In this document: positions 7,939-15,652 of the stretch, one piece after another
How positions within the stretch are numbered: the stretch's first letter is position 1
Layout of the letters: each line of letters begins with the position of its first letter
Assembly (NCBI GenBank): GCA_964451725.1
Contig: CAYVJQ010000094.1
Span: forward strand, 1 to 28,761
Direction of reading: 5' to 3'
Source: an uncultured Nannocystaceae bacterium
GTDB taxonomy: Bacteria; Myxococcota_A; Polyangia; Nannocystales; Nannocystaceae
DNA length: 28,761 nt
Program-made: the position numbers and the translations under genes
The notes under the pieces: generated by a model
Database searches by the model: none
Seen by the model: only the letters and a program-made list of their open reading frames with translations
What the model was told of the DNA's origin: nothing

Positions 7939-8059
7939 GAGTCACAGCTCATCAGCCTGCGCCGGGCAGGACCCACCGACGACGATGGTCGTGGGCGCAA
8001 CCCGGGGTAATCGTTCGCCCGAGGGTCGACCCTGCCCCGCGAGCGTGGGACGATGACCG

Positions 8060-9916
8060 ATGCCATCGCCCCGGCAACCCGGACGCCTCCCTGTGTTGCT
8101 CGCAGGCTCGCTGGCCCTCGCCTGCGCCCCGCCGACAAGCGGAGACGACGAGGTCGGCAGTCCCGAGACCGACGGGCCCGACACACACAGCTCGGGGGAC
8201 TCGGCGAGCGAGGACGACTCCAGCGGCGAGGGCGACTCCAGCACGGAGACCGGAACCCAGCAGTTCTCGCTCTCGGGGACGGTGGTCGGCCTCCAGGGGG
8301 CCTCCCTGAGCCTGAGCGACGGAGCCGGGGGGGCGGTGGTGATCTCGGCCGATGGGGCCTTCGACTTCCCCGAGGCCCTGGCCACGGGCACGAGCTTCTC
8401 GGTCGTGGTCAGCGCCCAGCCCGAGGGGCCCGACCAGAGCTGTGTCGTCGATGCGGGCGAGGGCGACATCGAAAACGCCGACTTCGACGGCGTCGTGGTC
8501 CGCTGTGTGACCCCCATTCGCCACGTCGTGATCCTGGGCATCGATGGGCTCGGCGGCAATTTTGTGAGCGCGCCCGCGAGCCCCGAGTTCGACGCCCTGG
8601 CCGAGACCTCGAGCTGGACCCTGGGCATGCAAAACGCGATCCCGACCTGGAGCGCGACCAACTGGATGTCGATGATCGGCGGGGGCTCCCCCGATCAGCA
8701 CGGCGTCCTCGACAACGACTGGAGCCCGGGCGACACCTCGCCGCCCCCGACCCTGTTCGCGGTCCTCCGGGCGGCTCGACCCGACGCCCAGATCGGCGTG
8801 TTCCACGACTGGGACGGCTTCGACGTGCTGGTCGAGCCGGGCGTGGTCGACGAGCTCCAGCACCCGGGCGACGAGCACCAGACCATGGACGCAGCGGTCG
8901 CCTGGGCGATCGCCAAGCGCCCGGATCTGCTGATGATCCACCTCGATCACGTCGACCACGTCGGCCACTTCAACGGCTGGGCGAGCGGGCCCTACAACCA
9001 GGCTGTCGAGGACGCAGACGCGCTCTTGGGCCAGCTGCGCACGGCCCTCGAGGCCGTCGACATGTGGCCCTACACGGCGCTGATCATCTCGGCCGACCAC
9101 GGGGGCGTGGGCCTCTTTCACAGCACAGACACACCGGCGGAGCGGGCGATCCCGTTTTTGGTACACACCCCTCAGGGTCCGACGATCACCCTCCAGCGCG
9201 AGCTTCGGATCTGGGATATCGCGGCCACGGCCGCGCACCTGCTCGAGATCGAAGCCCCGCCCCAGTGGGTCGGACAACCGGTCTACGAGGCCATCGAGAA
9301 CCCGGCCCTCAGCGGGAGCATCGACCCGGCCCCCACCCTGCCCCTGCCCTACCTGAGCGGGGACGGGTACACCAAGATCTACGACGACACGGGCACGGGG
9401 GCGTTCTCGGACGTGTCGTTTTGGCGGCCGGTGGTCCCCGAGGGCTACATCTCGCTGGGCGACGTGGCCGTCGCCGGTCACGGAGCTCCCGATCACCCCG
9501 CCGTGACCGTCGCCGCCGATCACCCCGCGCTGGTCGAACCTATCGCCTACGAGAAGATCTGGTCCGACGCGGGCGCAGGCGGGGAGCTCGAGGTCACGCT
9601 CTGGAACCCGCTCCCGCCGGCCGGGCCCTACATCTGCCCCGGACAGATCGCCAAGCCCGACCACGGTGGACCACCGGCCCTCGGCGAGACCCGCTGCGTG
9701 CACGAGCGCTACCTCCAGCCCGCCGTGGTCGAGTTCACCTGGGACGACACGGGCAGCGGCGCGGCCTGGGACGGGAGCGTCTGGAGCTGCCGCGAGGGGG
9801 CGGGCAGCACCCTGGTTCACCCCACCTTCCTCAGCCGCCGGCACCACGCCGGGCCCGGGAACAACGAGTGTTTCGGCCTGCGCGAGACTCGAGCGACCCC
9901 TGGGGAGGCCCCCTGA
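8060..9916 (+). CDS. Lipoprotein: beta-sandwich, type I phosphodiesterase/nucleotide pyrophosphatase (AlkP superfamily), and a C-terminal Vps62/DUF946-like domain
   Basis: Signal peptide with lipobox: LLAGSLALAC. NPP motifs: VVILGIDGLGGNF, IPTWSATNWMSMIGGGSPDQHGVLDN, HLDHVDHVGH, LIISADHGG. C-terminal YTKIYDDTGTGAFSDVSFWRPVVPEGYISLGD and FTWDDTGSGAAWDGSVWSC resemble Vps62/DUF946. Confidence 0.85.
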   Translation: MPSPRQPGRLPVLLAGSLALACAPPTSGDDEVGSPETDGPDTHSSGDSASEDDSSGEGDSSTETGTQQFSLSGTVVGLQGASLSLSDGAGGAVVISADGAFDFPEALATGTSFSVVVSAQPEGPDQSCVVDAGEGDIENADFDGVVVRCVTPIRHVVILGIDGLGGNFVSAPASPEFDALAETSSWTLGMQNAIPTWSATNWMSMIGGGSPDQHGVLDNDWSPGDTSPPPTLFAVLRAARPDAQIGVFHDWDGFDVLVEPGVVDELQHPGDEHQTMDAAVAWAIAKRPDLLMIHLDHVDHVGHFNGWASGPYNQAVEDADALLGQLRTALEAVDMWPYTALIISADHGGVGLFHSTDTPAERAIPFLVHTPQGPTITLQRELRIWDIAATAAHLLEIEAPPQWVGQPVYEAIENPALSGSIDPAPTLPLPYLSGDGYTKIYDDTGTGAFSDVSFWRPVVPEGYISLGDVAVAGHGAPDHPAVTVAADHPALVEPIAYEKIWSDAGAGGELEVTLWNPLPPAGPYICPGQIAKPDHGGPPALGETRCVHERYLQPAVVEFTWDDTGSGAAWDGSVWSCREGAGSTLVHPTFLSRRHHAGPGNNECFGLRETRATPGEAP

Positions 9917-9919
9917 GCC

Positions 9920-10735
9920 ATGTTCGTGGTCGCCGTCACCCGCTGGGGCCCGGGCCTCAGCGAGCAGCTCCCGACGCTCGCCGCCGAGCTCGGCGTGTTC
10001 CCCTACGACCTTCGCATGCGCCTCAACGGCCCCCTGCCCGTGGTCGTCGCCCGGGTGTCTGGGGCCGAGGCAGCCTCGGCCCTGGTCGCCAAGCTGCGCG
10101 GGTGGGGCCACGGCGCGGTCGGCGGGGACACGGCCAAGGTCCCCACGACCGAGCAGATGCACCAACCCCGGGAGTTCGAGCTGGACTTCGAGGGCGGCCA
10201 CCTGCGCACGACCAGCGCGACCCGTGAGCGGGCCCAGGTCGACGGCGCCGAGATCTACGCCCTGATCCACGCCATGGTCGTGAGCGACGCCCAGACCATC
10301 AGCGAGCGGCACAGCAAGCAGTTCAGCGCCGCCCGGGCCGTGCTCAGCGGCGGCATGGTCATGACCCGCTCGACCTCCTCGACCTCGACGATCACCGAGT
10401 CGAGCTCGGAGGAGCGCATCTATCTGATCCGCCGGGACTTCGCCCAGCCCATGGTCTTTTGCCAGCACCAGCTGCGCTACACCGGGCTCGGAGATGCCAT
10501 GGGCCGGGCCAGCCACGAGAGTTTTGCGGCCCTCTGCACAGCCCTGCGCCGCCTGGCCCCAGGCGCGATCTACGACGACCAGCTCCGGGTCACGAGGCGC
10601 AAACGCTCGCTGGACGGGGTCACCAGTGAGCGCAAGGGCGATGAGACCATCAAGAGTGAGACGAATTCGAACGCCTCGGGGGTCGATCTCGCCGCCTACC
10701 TGATCTTGATGGGCCACGCCCGCGGCCAGCTGTGA
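9920..10735 (+). CDS. Hypothetical protein (271 aa), coupled to the upstream phosphodiesterase gene
   Basis: The ATG is 4 nt after the upstream stop, with GGGGAGG upstream. The frame has high third-position GC. I recognise no motif. Confidence 0.6.
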   Translation: MFVVAVTRWGPGLSEQLPTLAAELGVFPYDLRMRLNGPLPVVVARVSGAEAASALVAKLRGWGHGAVGGDTAKVPTTEQMHQPREFELDFEGGHLRTTSATRERAQVDGAEIYALIHAMVVSDAQTISERHSKQFSAARAVLSGGMVMTRSTSSTSTITESSSEERIYLIRRDFAQPMVFCQHQLRYTGLGDAMGRASHESFAALCTALRRLAPGAIYDDQLRVTRRKRSLDGVTSERKGDETIKSETNSNASGVDLAAYLILMGHARGQL

Positions 10736-10847
10736 GCGAGCGGGCACCCCCCGGCACAGCGCCTGTCGGTAGCCACACACCCCTTGGTTTGTCAGGTCGG
10801 CCCTGTTTGGAGTACTGCTTGAGGTGCCCCCGAGGGAGCCGACCGAC

Positions 10848-11942
10848 ATGAAAGTACGTTTCAAGCCCCGCATCCGTGCCCACGCGGTCCTCAACGAGCG
10901 CGTGGCGGCCTACATGCGCACGGCCGACCATGTCGGGGCCCGGCGCCGCATGGTCGCCAAGACCGTGGTCATCCTGAGCTGGACGGTGGGCTCGTACGCC
11001 CTCCTGTTGTTCGCGGCCAGCACCTGGTGGCAGGTCGCCCTCGCGGCGGTCAGCCTGGGCCTGGCCATGTCGGGGATCGGATTTTCGATCATGCACGACG
11101 GCAACCACGGCGGGTACCCCGGGCCGGCCTGGGTCTCGCGCGCCGCCGGGTTCACCCTCGACATGCTCGGGGGCAGCTCCTACATCTGGAGCTTCAAGCA
11201 CAACGTGAACCACCACACGTTCACGAACATCGACCGGGCCGACTCCGACATCGATCTCAACGGCCTGGCCCGCATGTCTCCGGTCCAGGCCCACAAGCCG
11301 GGCCACCGCTACCAGCACATCTACACCTGGGGCCTGTACTGCCTGCTCGCGTTCCGGTGGATCCTGCTCTCGGACTTTCAAAACATGGCCTCCGGGCTCA
11401 GCGGAGAGAATCCCTTTCCCCGGCCCCGCGGCCGCGAGCTGGGGCTGTTCGTCCTCGGCAAGGTCATCGCCCTGGGACTGTGGAGCGGCATGTTCTTCGT
11501 CCAGCCCTGGCCGCTGGCCGTGTTCGGCATGCTGCTGACCGCGGTCGTGCTCGGCTTCACCCTTGCGATCGTGTTTCAGCTCGCCCATGTGGTCGAGAAG
11601 GCCAAGTTCCCGGAGGTCTCCGGTGACCCGGCCCGCTGCGACAAGGACTGGCTCACCCACCAGCTCGAGACCACGGCCGACTTCGCCCCCCGCAGCAAGT
11701 TTTGGAACTGGTACCTGGGCGGACTCAACTTTCAGGTCGAACACCACCTGTTCCCCAAGATCTGTCACATCCACTACCCGGAGATCGCCAAGATTTTCCG
11801 TCAGACCTGTGAGGAGTTCGACCTCCCCTACAACTGCTACGACACGTTCCTGGACGCGGTCGTGTCCCACCAGCGCTGGCTTCGGAAGATGGGTTCGGGC
11901 TGGAGCCCGAGCCCGGCGCCGTCTCAGACGGCCCACGTCTGA
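10848..11942 (+). CDS. Membrane fatty-acid desaturase with front-end-type histidine boxes
   Basis: Histidine boxes HDGNHG, HNVNHH and QVEHHLFP. Several hydrophobic spans. The ATG at 10848 is preceded by GAGGGAG. An in-frame GTG at 10824 is an alternative start. Confidence 0.85.
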   Translation: MKVRFKPRIRAHAVLNERVAAYMRTADHVGARRRMVAKTVVILSWTVGSYALLLFAASTWWQVALAAVSLGLAMSGIGFSIMHDGNHGGYPGPAWVSRAAGFTLDMLGGSSYIWSFKHNVNHHTFTNIDRADSDIDLNGLARMSPVQAHKPGHRYQHIYTWGLYCLLAFRWILLSDFQNMASGLSGENPFPRPRGRELGLFVLGKVIALGLWSGMFFVQPWPLAVFGMLLTAVVLGFTLAIVFQLAHVVEKAKFPEVSGDPARCDKDWLTHQLETTADFAPRSKFWNWYLGGLNFQVEHHLFPKICHIHYPEIAKIFRQTCEEFDLPYNCYDTFLDAVVSHQRWLRKMGSGWSPSPAPSQTAHV

Positions 11943-11979
11943 GCGCTCCCTGTCTCGGAGTCAGGCCCTTGTCCCTATC

Positions 11980-12036
<57 letters not shown>

Positions 12037-12041
12037 AGCCC

Positions 12042-12692
12042 CTATATCTCGGGCTTGGCCTCGAAGTCTGTGCCGCCCTGCTCCGAGGTCTGCGCCTGTG
12101 CGCTCTGGACAAGTCGGACCTCTCGGCTCAGGCGGACCTCTCGGACCAGGCGAACCTCTCGGACCAGGCGAATCAGGGCCGTCGAGGCTCGCTTCGAGCG
12201 AGCGTCGGGGGGCGTGCGCCTGGCCTGGCGCATGAGCTGACGCAGCTGCCGGCGGTCGGCATCTGGAAACTCGGCGACAAAGCGGGTCAGGGCGACATCT
12301 CCGTCCGCGAGCAGCTGCGCTCGCCAGGTCTCGTTGACCTGCTCGCTGATCCGCTTCGCCAACAGCTCGGGGGTCTTGCCCTCGAGCGCGTCTCGGACCT
12401 CCTCCGGGCTGCCCGCGCCGCGCAGCAACTTTGCGACCCGGCGGATCTGGCGAGCCCGCGCATTTTTGACGAAGCGCTGGGCGTCGCCGATGGCCTGGCG
12501 CAGGTCTGCGTCGAAGGGCGGATCGCTGAGCTCGGGCAGCTCGTTCGGCTTGGCCCGAGCGAGGCGCTCGGCGATCTCGGCGAAGGCCTCCGCCTCATGG
12601 CGATCGTCGGCGCGGGTCCGCTCGACCGGCTCGGGCATCTCGTCCGGGTCCAGGTCGGAGTCCATTTCGGTGTTCGTGGTCATGGGAGCCAT
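12042..12692 (-). CDS. yjgA: Ribosome-associated protein YjgA/DarP (DUF615 family) with a repeat-extended C-terminus
   Basis: Collinear with E. coli YjgA as I recall it. FDADLRQAIGDAQRFVKNARARQIRRVAKLLR corresponds to LDADLRAAIELAQRIK..RRRQLQLIGKMLR. FPDADRRQLRQLMRQARR corresponds to WPDADRQQLRTLIRNAKK. Start taken at MAPMTTN (12692); the ORF upstream of it looks non-coding. Confidence 0.8.
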   Translation of the reverse strand: MAPMTTNTEMDSDLDPDEMPEPVERTRADDRHEAEAFAEIAERLARAKPNELPELSDPPFDADLRQAIGDAQRFVKNARARQIRRVAKLLRGAGSPEEVRDALEGKTPELLAKRISEQVNETWRAQLLADGDVALTRFVAEFPDADRRQLRQLMRQARRTPPDARSKRASTALIRLVREVRLVREVRLSREVRLVQSAQAQTSEQGGTDFEAKPEI

Positions 12693-12811
12693 CGGTGGCG
12701 CGGGTCCCTCCGCAGGCGCGAGGGCGCCGCACTGTAACGCGGAAACGCGGAAACGCGGTACGCGACCGACCCCTCGGCAAGCCCCCGGCTTCGGACTACA
12801 CTCGCGCAACC

Positions 12812-13249
12812 ATGGCCTTTGAAGTCGGTCGAGATATCGAGGGCATGTGCAGGACCTGCGGCGACGTCTGGCACGTGATCGTCGCCAAGGTCGGGGACAA
12901 GGTCAGCAAGGTCCAGTGCAAGCAGTGCGGCGGTTCGCACCGGCTCAAGCCGACGGGCGACGCGCCCCAGGCGAACCTCGAGCCGACCCGGCGCAGGGTC
13001 GTGAGCGCGGGCGGAAAAAAGACGCGGGCTCGATCCACACCCGGCCGTTCGGGCGGGCTCCCAGACGGCCCCCGGGTCTTCGATCCGAACCTGCCCTCGC
13101 GGGCCTACGGCATCCGCGAGACCTTCACCCTGGGCGAGCAGATCAAGCACAAGACCTTTGGTAACGGCGTCGTGATCGCGCTCGAAGAGAACAAGGTCCG
13201 GGTCGAGTTTCCGCTCGGCGTCAAAGTCTTGCTCCACGGCCGACGCTGA
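12812..13249 (+). CDS. Zinc-ribbon protein with a C-terminal Tudor/DUF3553-like domain
   Basis: CRTCGDVWHV...CKQCGGSH gives a CxxC...CxxC pattern. The C-terminal FTLGEQIKHKTFGNGVVIALEENKVRVEFPLGVKVLL resembles DUF3553 / UvrD-C Tudor-like segments. Start taken at MAFEVG (12812). Confidence 0.6.
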   Translation: MAFEVGRDIEGMCRTCGDVWHVIVAKVGDKVSKVQCKQCGGSHRLKPTGDAPQANLEPTRRRVVSAGGKKTRARSTPGRSGGLPDGPRVFDPNLPSRAYGIRETFTLGEQIKHKTFGNGVVIALEENKVRVEFPLGVKVLLHGRR

Positions 13250-13288
13250 ACCCTCGTCGCCACGGTCGCCCATCGGCCACCCAAGCAC

Positions 13289-13311
13289 ATATACGGCAGT
13301 TGTCCGTATAT
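13289..13311 (+). promoter_or_regulatory. Palindromic candidate operator in the AT-richer region upstream of the rhodanese-ThiF gene
   Basis: ATATACGG-N7-CCGTATAT at 13289-13311. A second inverted repeat, ATTGGG-N7-CCCAAT, lies at 13373-13391, followed by SD AAGGGA and the ATG at 13420. Confidence 0.3.
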
Positions 13312-13419
13312 TGATCGACATTGACGCGGGTACGTGGCTCGGCCACAGTTCAGACGCCGTAGAACAGCGCTGATTGGGAAACATACCCAATCTAAATACC
13401 CGGCAAACAAAGGGAATAT

Positions 13420-14598
13420 ATGGCGACCTTCAATCAAGTCCTCTCCGAAGTCAAAGCCGGCGTCCACGAGATCTCTGTAGACGAGACCAAGGCTCGCGCG
13501 ATCGACTCGCGCACCGACGCGCCCATCCTGGTCGACGTCCGCGAGCGCGACGAGTTCGAGCAGGGTTTCATCCCCCACGCCGAGTGGATCCCGCGCGGCT
13601 TCCTCGAGCTCAAGATCGAGGATCTGGTCACCGACCGGAGCCAGCCGGTGATCTTGTACTGCGCCGGGGGAGTGCGCTCGGTCCTGGCCGCGCGCTCGCT
13701 CAAAGAGATGGGCTACGAGCGGGTCTCGTCGATGGCCGGGGGCTTTCGGGCGTGGAAGAACGCGGGCCACCCCTTCGAGCGTCCGCGGGTGCTCACCCCC
13801 GAGCAGCTCAAGCGCTACAGCCGGCACATCATGCTGCCCGAGATCAAAGAGGCCGGGCAGGGCAAGCTCCTCGACGCCAAGGTCTTGTTCTTGGGGGCGG
13901 GCGGACTCGGCTCCCCCAGCGCCCTCTACCTGGCGGCGGCCGGTGTCGGCACCATCGGGATCATCGACGACGACGTGGTCGACGAGTCCAACCTCCAGCG
14001 CCAGGTCATCCACAACCTCGAGCGCCTGGGCATGCCCAAGGTCGAGAGCGCCCGCAAGACCCTGCAGGCCCTCAACCCCGACGTGAAGGTGATCCCCATC
14101 CAGGACCGACTGGACAGCTCCAACATCATGGAGATCATCGCCGGCTACGACCTGATCGTCGACGGTGCCGACAACTTCCCGACCCGCTACCTGCTCAACG
14201 ACGCCAGCCTCAAACTCGGCAAGCCGGTCGTCCACGCCTCGATCTTCCGCTTCGAGGGCCAGCTGACCACGTTCATGGCCGAGGAGGGACCCGACGCGGG
14301 GCCCTGCTACCGCTGCCTCTACCCCGATCCGCCGCCCCCGGGGATGGCCCCCTCCTGCCAGGAGGCCGGCGTGTTGGGGGTCTTGCCCGGCATGATCGGG
14401 ACCCTCCAGGCCAACGAGGCCCTCAAGATCATCCTCGGCATCGGCACGACCTTGTCGGGGCGCCTGCTGGTCCTCGACGCGCTGGGCACGAAGTTTCGGA
14501 CCATGAAATTGCACCGCGATCCCAACTGTCGCGTGTGCTCGCAAAAGCGTGAGGACATCGAGCTGATCGACTACGAGCAATTCTGCTCGCTCGCCTGA
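13420..14598 (+). CDS. Rhodanese-fused ThiF/MoeB-family E1-like adenylyltransferase (rhodanese at the N-terminus)
   Basis: Rhodanese: ILVDVRERDEFEQGFIPHAEWIP...VILYCAGGVRS...GGFRAWKNAGHP. ThiF/MoeB: YSRHIMLPEIKEAGQGKLLDAKVLFLGAGGLGSPSALYLAAAGVGTIGIIDDDVVDESNLQRQ. Cysteine pairs CYRC and CRVC are present. Confidence 0.9.
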   Translation: MATFNQVLSEVKAGVHEISVDETKARAIDSRTDAPILVDVRERDEFEQGFIPHAEWIPRGFLELKIEDLVTDRSQPVILYCAGGVRSVLAARSLKEMGYERVSSMAGGFRAWKNAGHPFERPRVLTPEQLKRYSRHIMLPEIKEAGQGKLLDAKVLFLGAGGLGSPSALYLAAAGVGTIGIIDDDVVDESNLQRQVIHNLERLGMPKVESARKTLQALNPDVKVIPIQDRLDSSNIMEIIAGYDLIVDGADNFPTRYLLNDASLKLGKPVVHASIFRFEGQLTTFMAEEGPDAGPCYRCLYPDPPPPGMAPSCQEAGVLGVLPGMIGTLQANEALKIILGIGTTLSGRLLVLDALGTKFRTMKLHRDPNCRVCSQKREDIELIDYEQFCSLA

Positions 14599-14657
14599 GA
14601 GAGACACCCGAGAGAAGCACGACGATGTGGGTTTGGCCTCGAACTGCAGGGCCGCCC

Positions 14658-14966
14658 TCAGTCGCCTACATCGGTGACGACCCCGAAGATCGATCCTCGC
14701 GCGACCCAGCCGTTGGTGCCCCCGCGGTTGTTCGCAATCAAAAATCGACGCTTGTCGCCGTGGCCCTTGATGGCCTTGATCAGGTGAATGTAGATGTTGC
14801 CCTTGCAGCGGCACATGACCGCGGCACCGATCGAAGGTTCGACCTTCGGGTCCAAGGTCACCAGCTGCCCGCTCTCGATGCGACCGCGCATCGATCCCCC
14901 GTGGGGTCGGCAGCGCGTCACCTGGCCCGCGCGCAGGGCCGCGAGCTGTCGGTCTGCCCAACCCAT
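14658..14966 (-). CDS. Stand-alone S24/S26-family (LexA / signal-peptidase-like) serine peptidase domain protein
   Basis: HGGSMRGRIESGQLVTLDP corresponds to the GDSMxPxIxxGDxVxVD nucleophile motif. IYIHLIKAI...RFLIANN corresponds to the Lys-containing strand. The start ATG is 1 nt after the stop of the upstream gene. Confidence 0.65.
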   Translation of the reverse strand: MGWADRQLAALRAGQVTRCRPHGGSMRGRIESGQLVTLDPKVEPSIGAAVMCRCKGNIYIHLIKAIKGHGDKRRFLIANNRGGTNGWVARGSIFGVVTDVGD

Positions 14967-14967
14967 C

Positions 14968-15255
14968 TCAGGTCAGCTCCCGGAGTGGCTCGGCCCGGCG
15001 CCGCAGGGCGATCTCCCGACATAAGTCCACATCGCGCAGGTGCAGGCGACCGCGCAGCCAGGCCCGCAGCACACACAGCTCGGTGGCCTGCCGGGTCACC
15101 ATGGGCTCGGTCCAGCGCGTGCGCAGCACCGCCTTGAGGGCCCGTATTCGAAGGTCGAGGGCCCGCCGATATCGACGCAGCTCGCCCAGGTCGAAGCGGG
15201 TGAGTGTGGGGGTAGGGGCGGATGTGGGAGGGGTATCGACAATTGGGTGTTGCAT
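14968..15255 (-). CDS. Hypothetical Arg-rich helical protein (95 aa), middle gene of the minus-strand operon
   Basis: The ORF fits tightly between its neighbours, with a 12-nt gap upstream and a 1-nt gap downstream. I recognise no motif. Confidence 0.5.
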   Translation of the reverse strand: MQHPIVDTPPTSAPTPTLTRFDLGELRRYRRALDLRIRALKAVLRTRWTEPMVTRQATELCVLRAWLRGRLHLRDVDLCREIALRRRAEPLRELT

Positions 15256-15267
15256 TCGAGTTGTCCT

Positions 15268-15642
15268 TTATCGGAGCAGCCGCAGGCTGCCCGTGATGGT
15301 TGATACGGTCGCGCGATCGCAGACCGGCACAATGCCGATTGCCATGAGCGCGTTGTTCCACGGCGGATCCGGCTCTCGGATCGGTCGATGTGGAATTTGT
15401 AATCGCCGCAGCTCGGCGGCGAGGTGTTCGAGGTGGGCCTCGTCCCTCGCGGCCAAAACCACGGCGATGGTGCCGCTCGCCAGGTCACCCGGAGCGCTCT
15501 CTCCGGCAGCATGAACGAGCTGCGCGGCCGAGACTCCCCGCGGGAGATCCTGCCGAATCAGGCAGTAGTGGGTCAGTTGTTGCGCCTGACGGGAGTCGAA
15601 CCCGCTTGATCCAGGGTGCTTACCCCCGGGGCCCATCCGCAT
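15268..15642 (-). CDS. PTH2 (peptidyl-tRNA hydrolase 2)-like fold protein, start uncertain
   Basis: [22 protein letters not shown] corresponds to the PTH2 segment [58 protein letters not shown]...[10 protein letters not shown]...ITGSLRLL corresponds to KVVVKAPDEETL...GLTVSLIQDAG...TVLGIGPGP...VTGHLKLY. Candidate starts are ATG 15642, ATG 15636 and GTG 15735. Confidence 0.6.
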   Translation of the reverse strand: [124 protein letters not shown]

Positions 15643-15652
15643 GGCCAAACGC
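15581..15652 (-). other. 72-nt tRNA-like element (possible pseudo-tRNA or integration-site remnant) overlapping the 5' end of the PTH2-like ORF
   Basis: Minus strand: GCGTTTG...GCGGG-TTCGACT-CCCGT-CAGGCGC-A. The T-loop is canonical, TTCGACT, with a 5-bp stem. A 7-bp acceptor stem (two G-U pairs) sits at exactly tRNA spacing. A 5-6 bp stem carries the 7-nt loop GTAAGCA. The D-arm is poor, U8 and A14 are absent, position 37 is a pyrimidine, and no CCA is encoded. Confidence 0.35.

Noticed and set aside
4541-8060. Integrase, transposase, inverted terminal repeats or an intact tRNA that would define a classical mobile element
   Set aside because: No ORF on either strand shows recombinase or transposase motifs. 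The minus-strand ORFs inside 5617-7878 are short and overlap the long coding frame. No terminal inverted repeats were found. Only the imperfect direct repeat with the downstream gene was found.
7952-10894. A 980-aa minus-strand ORF, the longest of several very long antisense ORFs. The others are 426-1952, 2052-3035, 3050-4675, 13105-14961, 17601-19253 and 25120-27150.
   Set aside because: These ORFs lie antisense or out of frame to genes with strong family motifs (NPP phosphodiesterase, TBDR, ThiF/MoeB, GAPDH, YgiQ). Their translations are Arg/Gly/Ala/Pro-rich with no motifs. This is typical of stop-codon-poor shadow frames in DNA of about 70% G+C.
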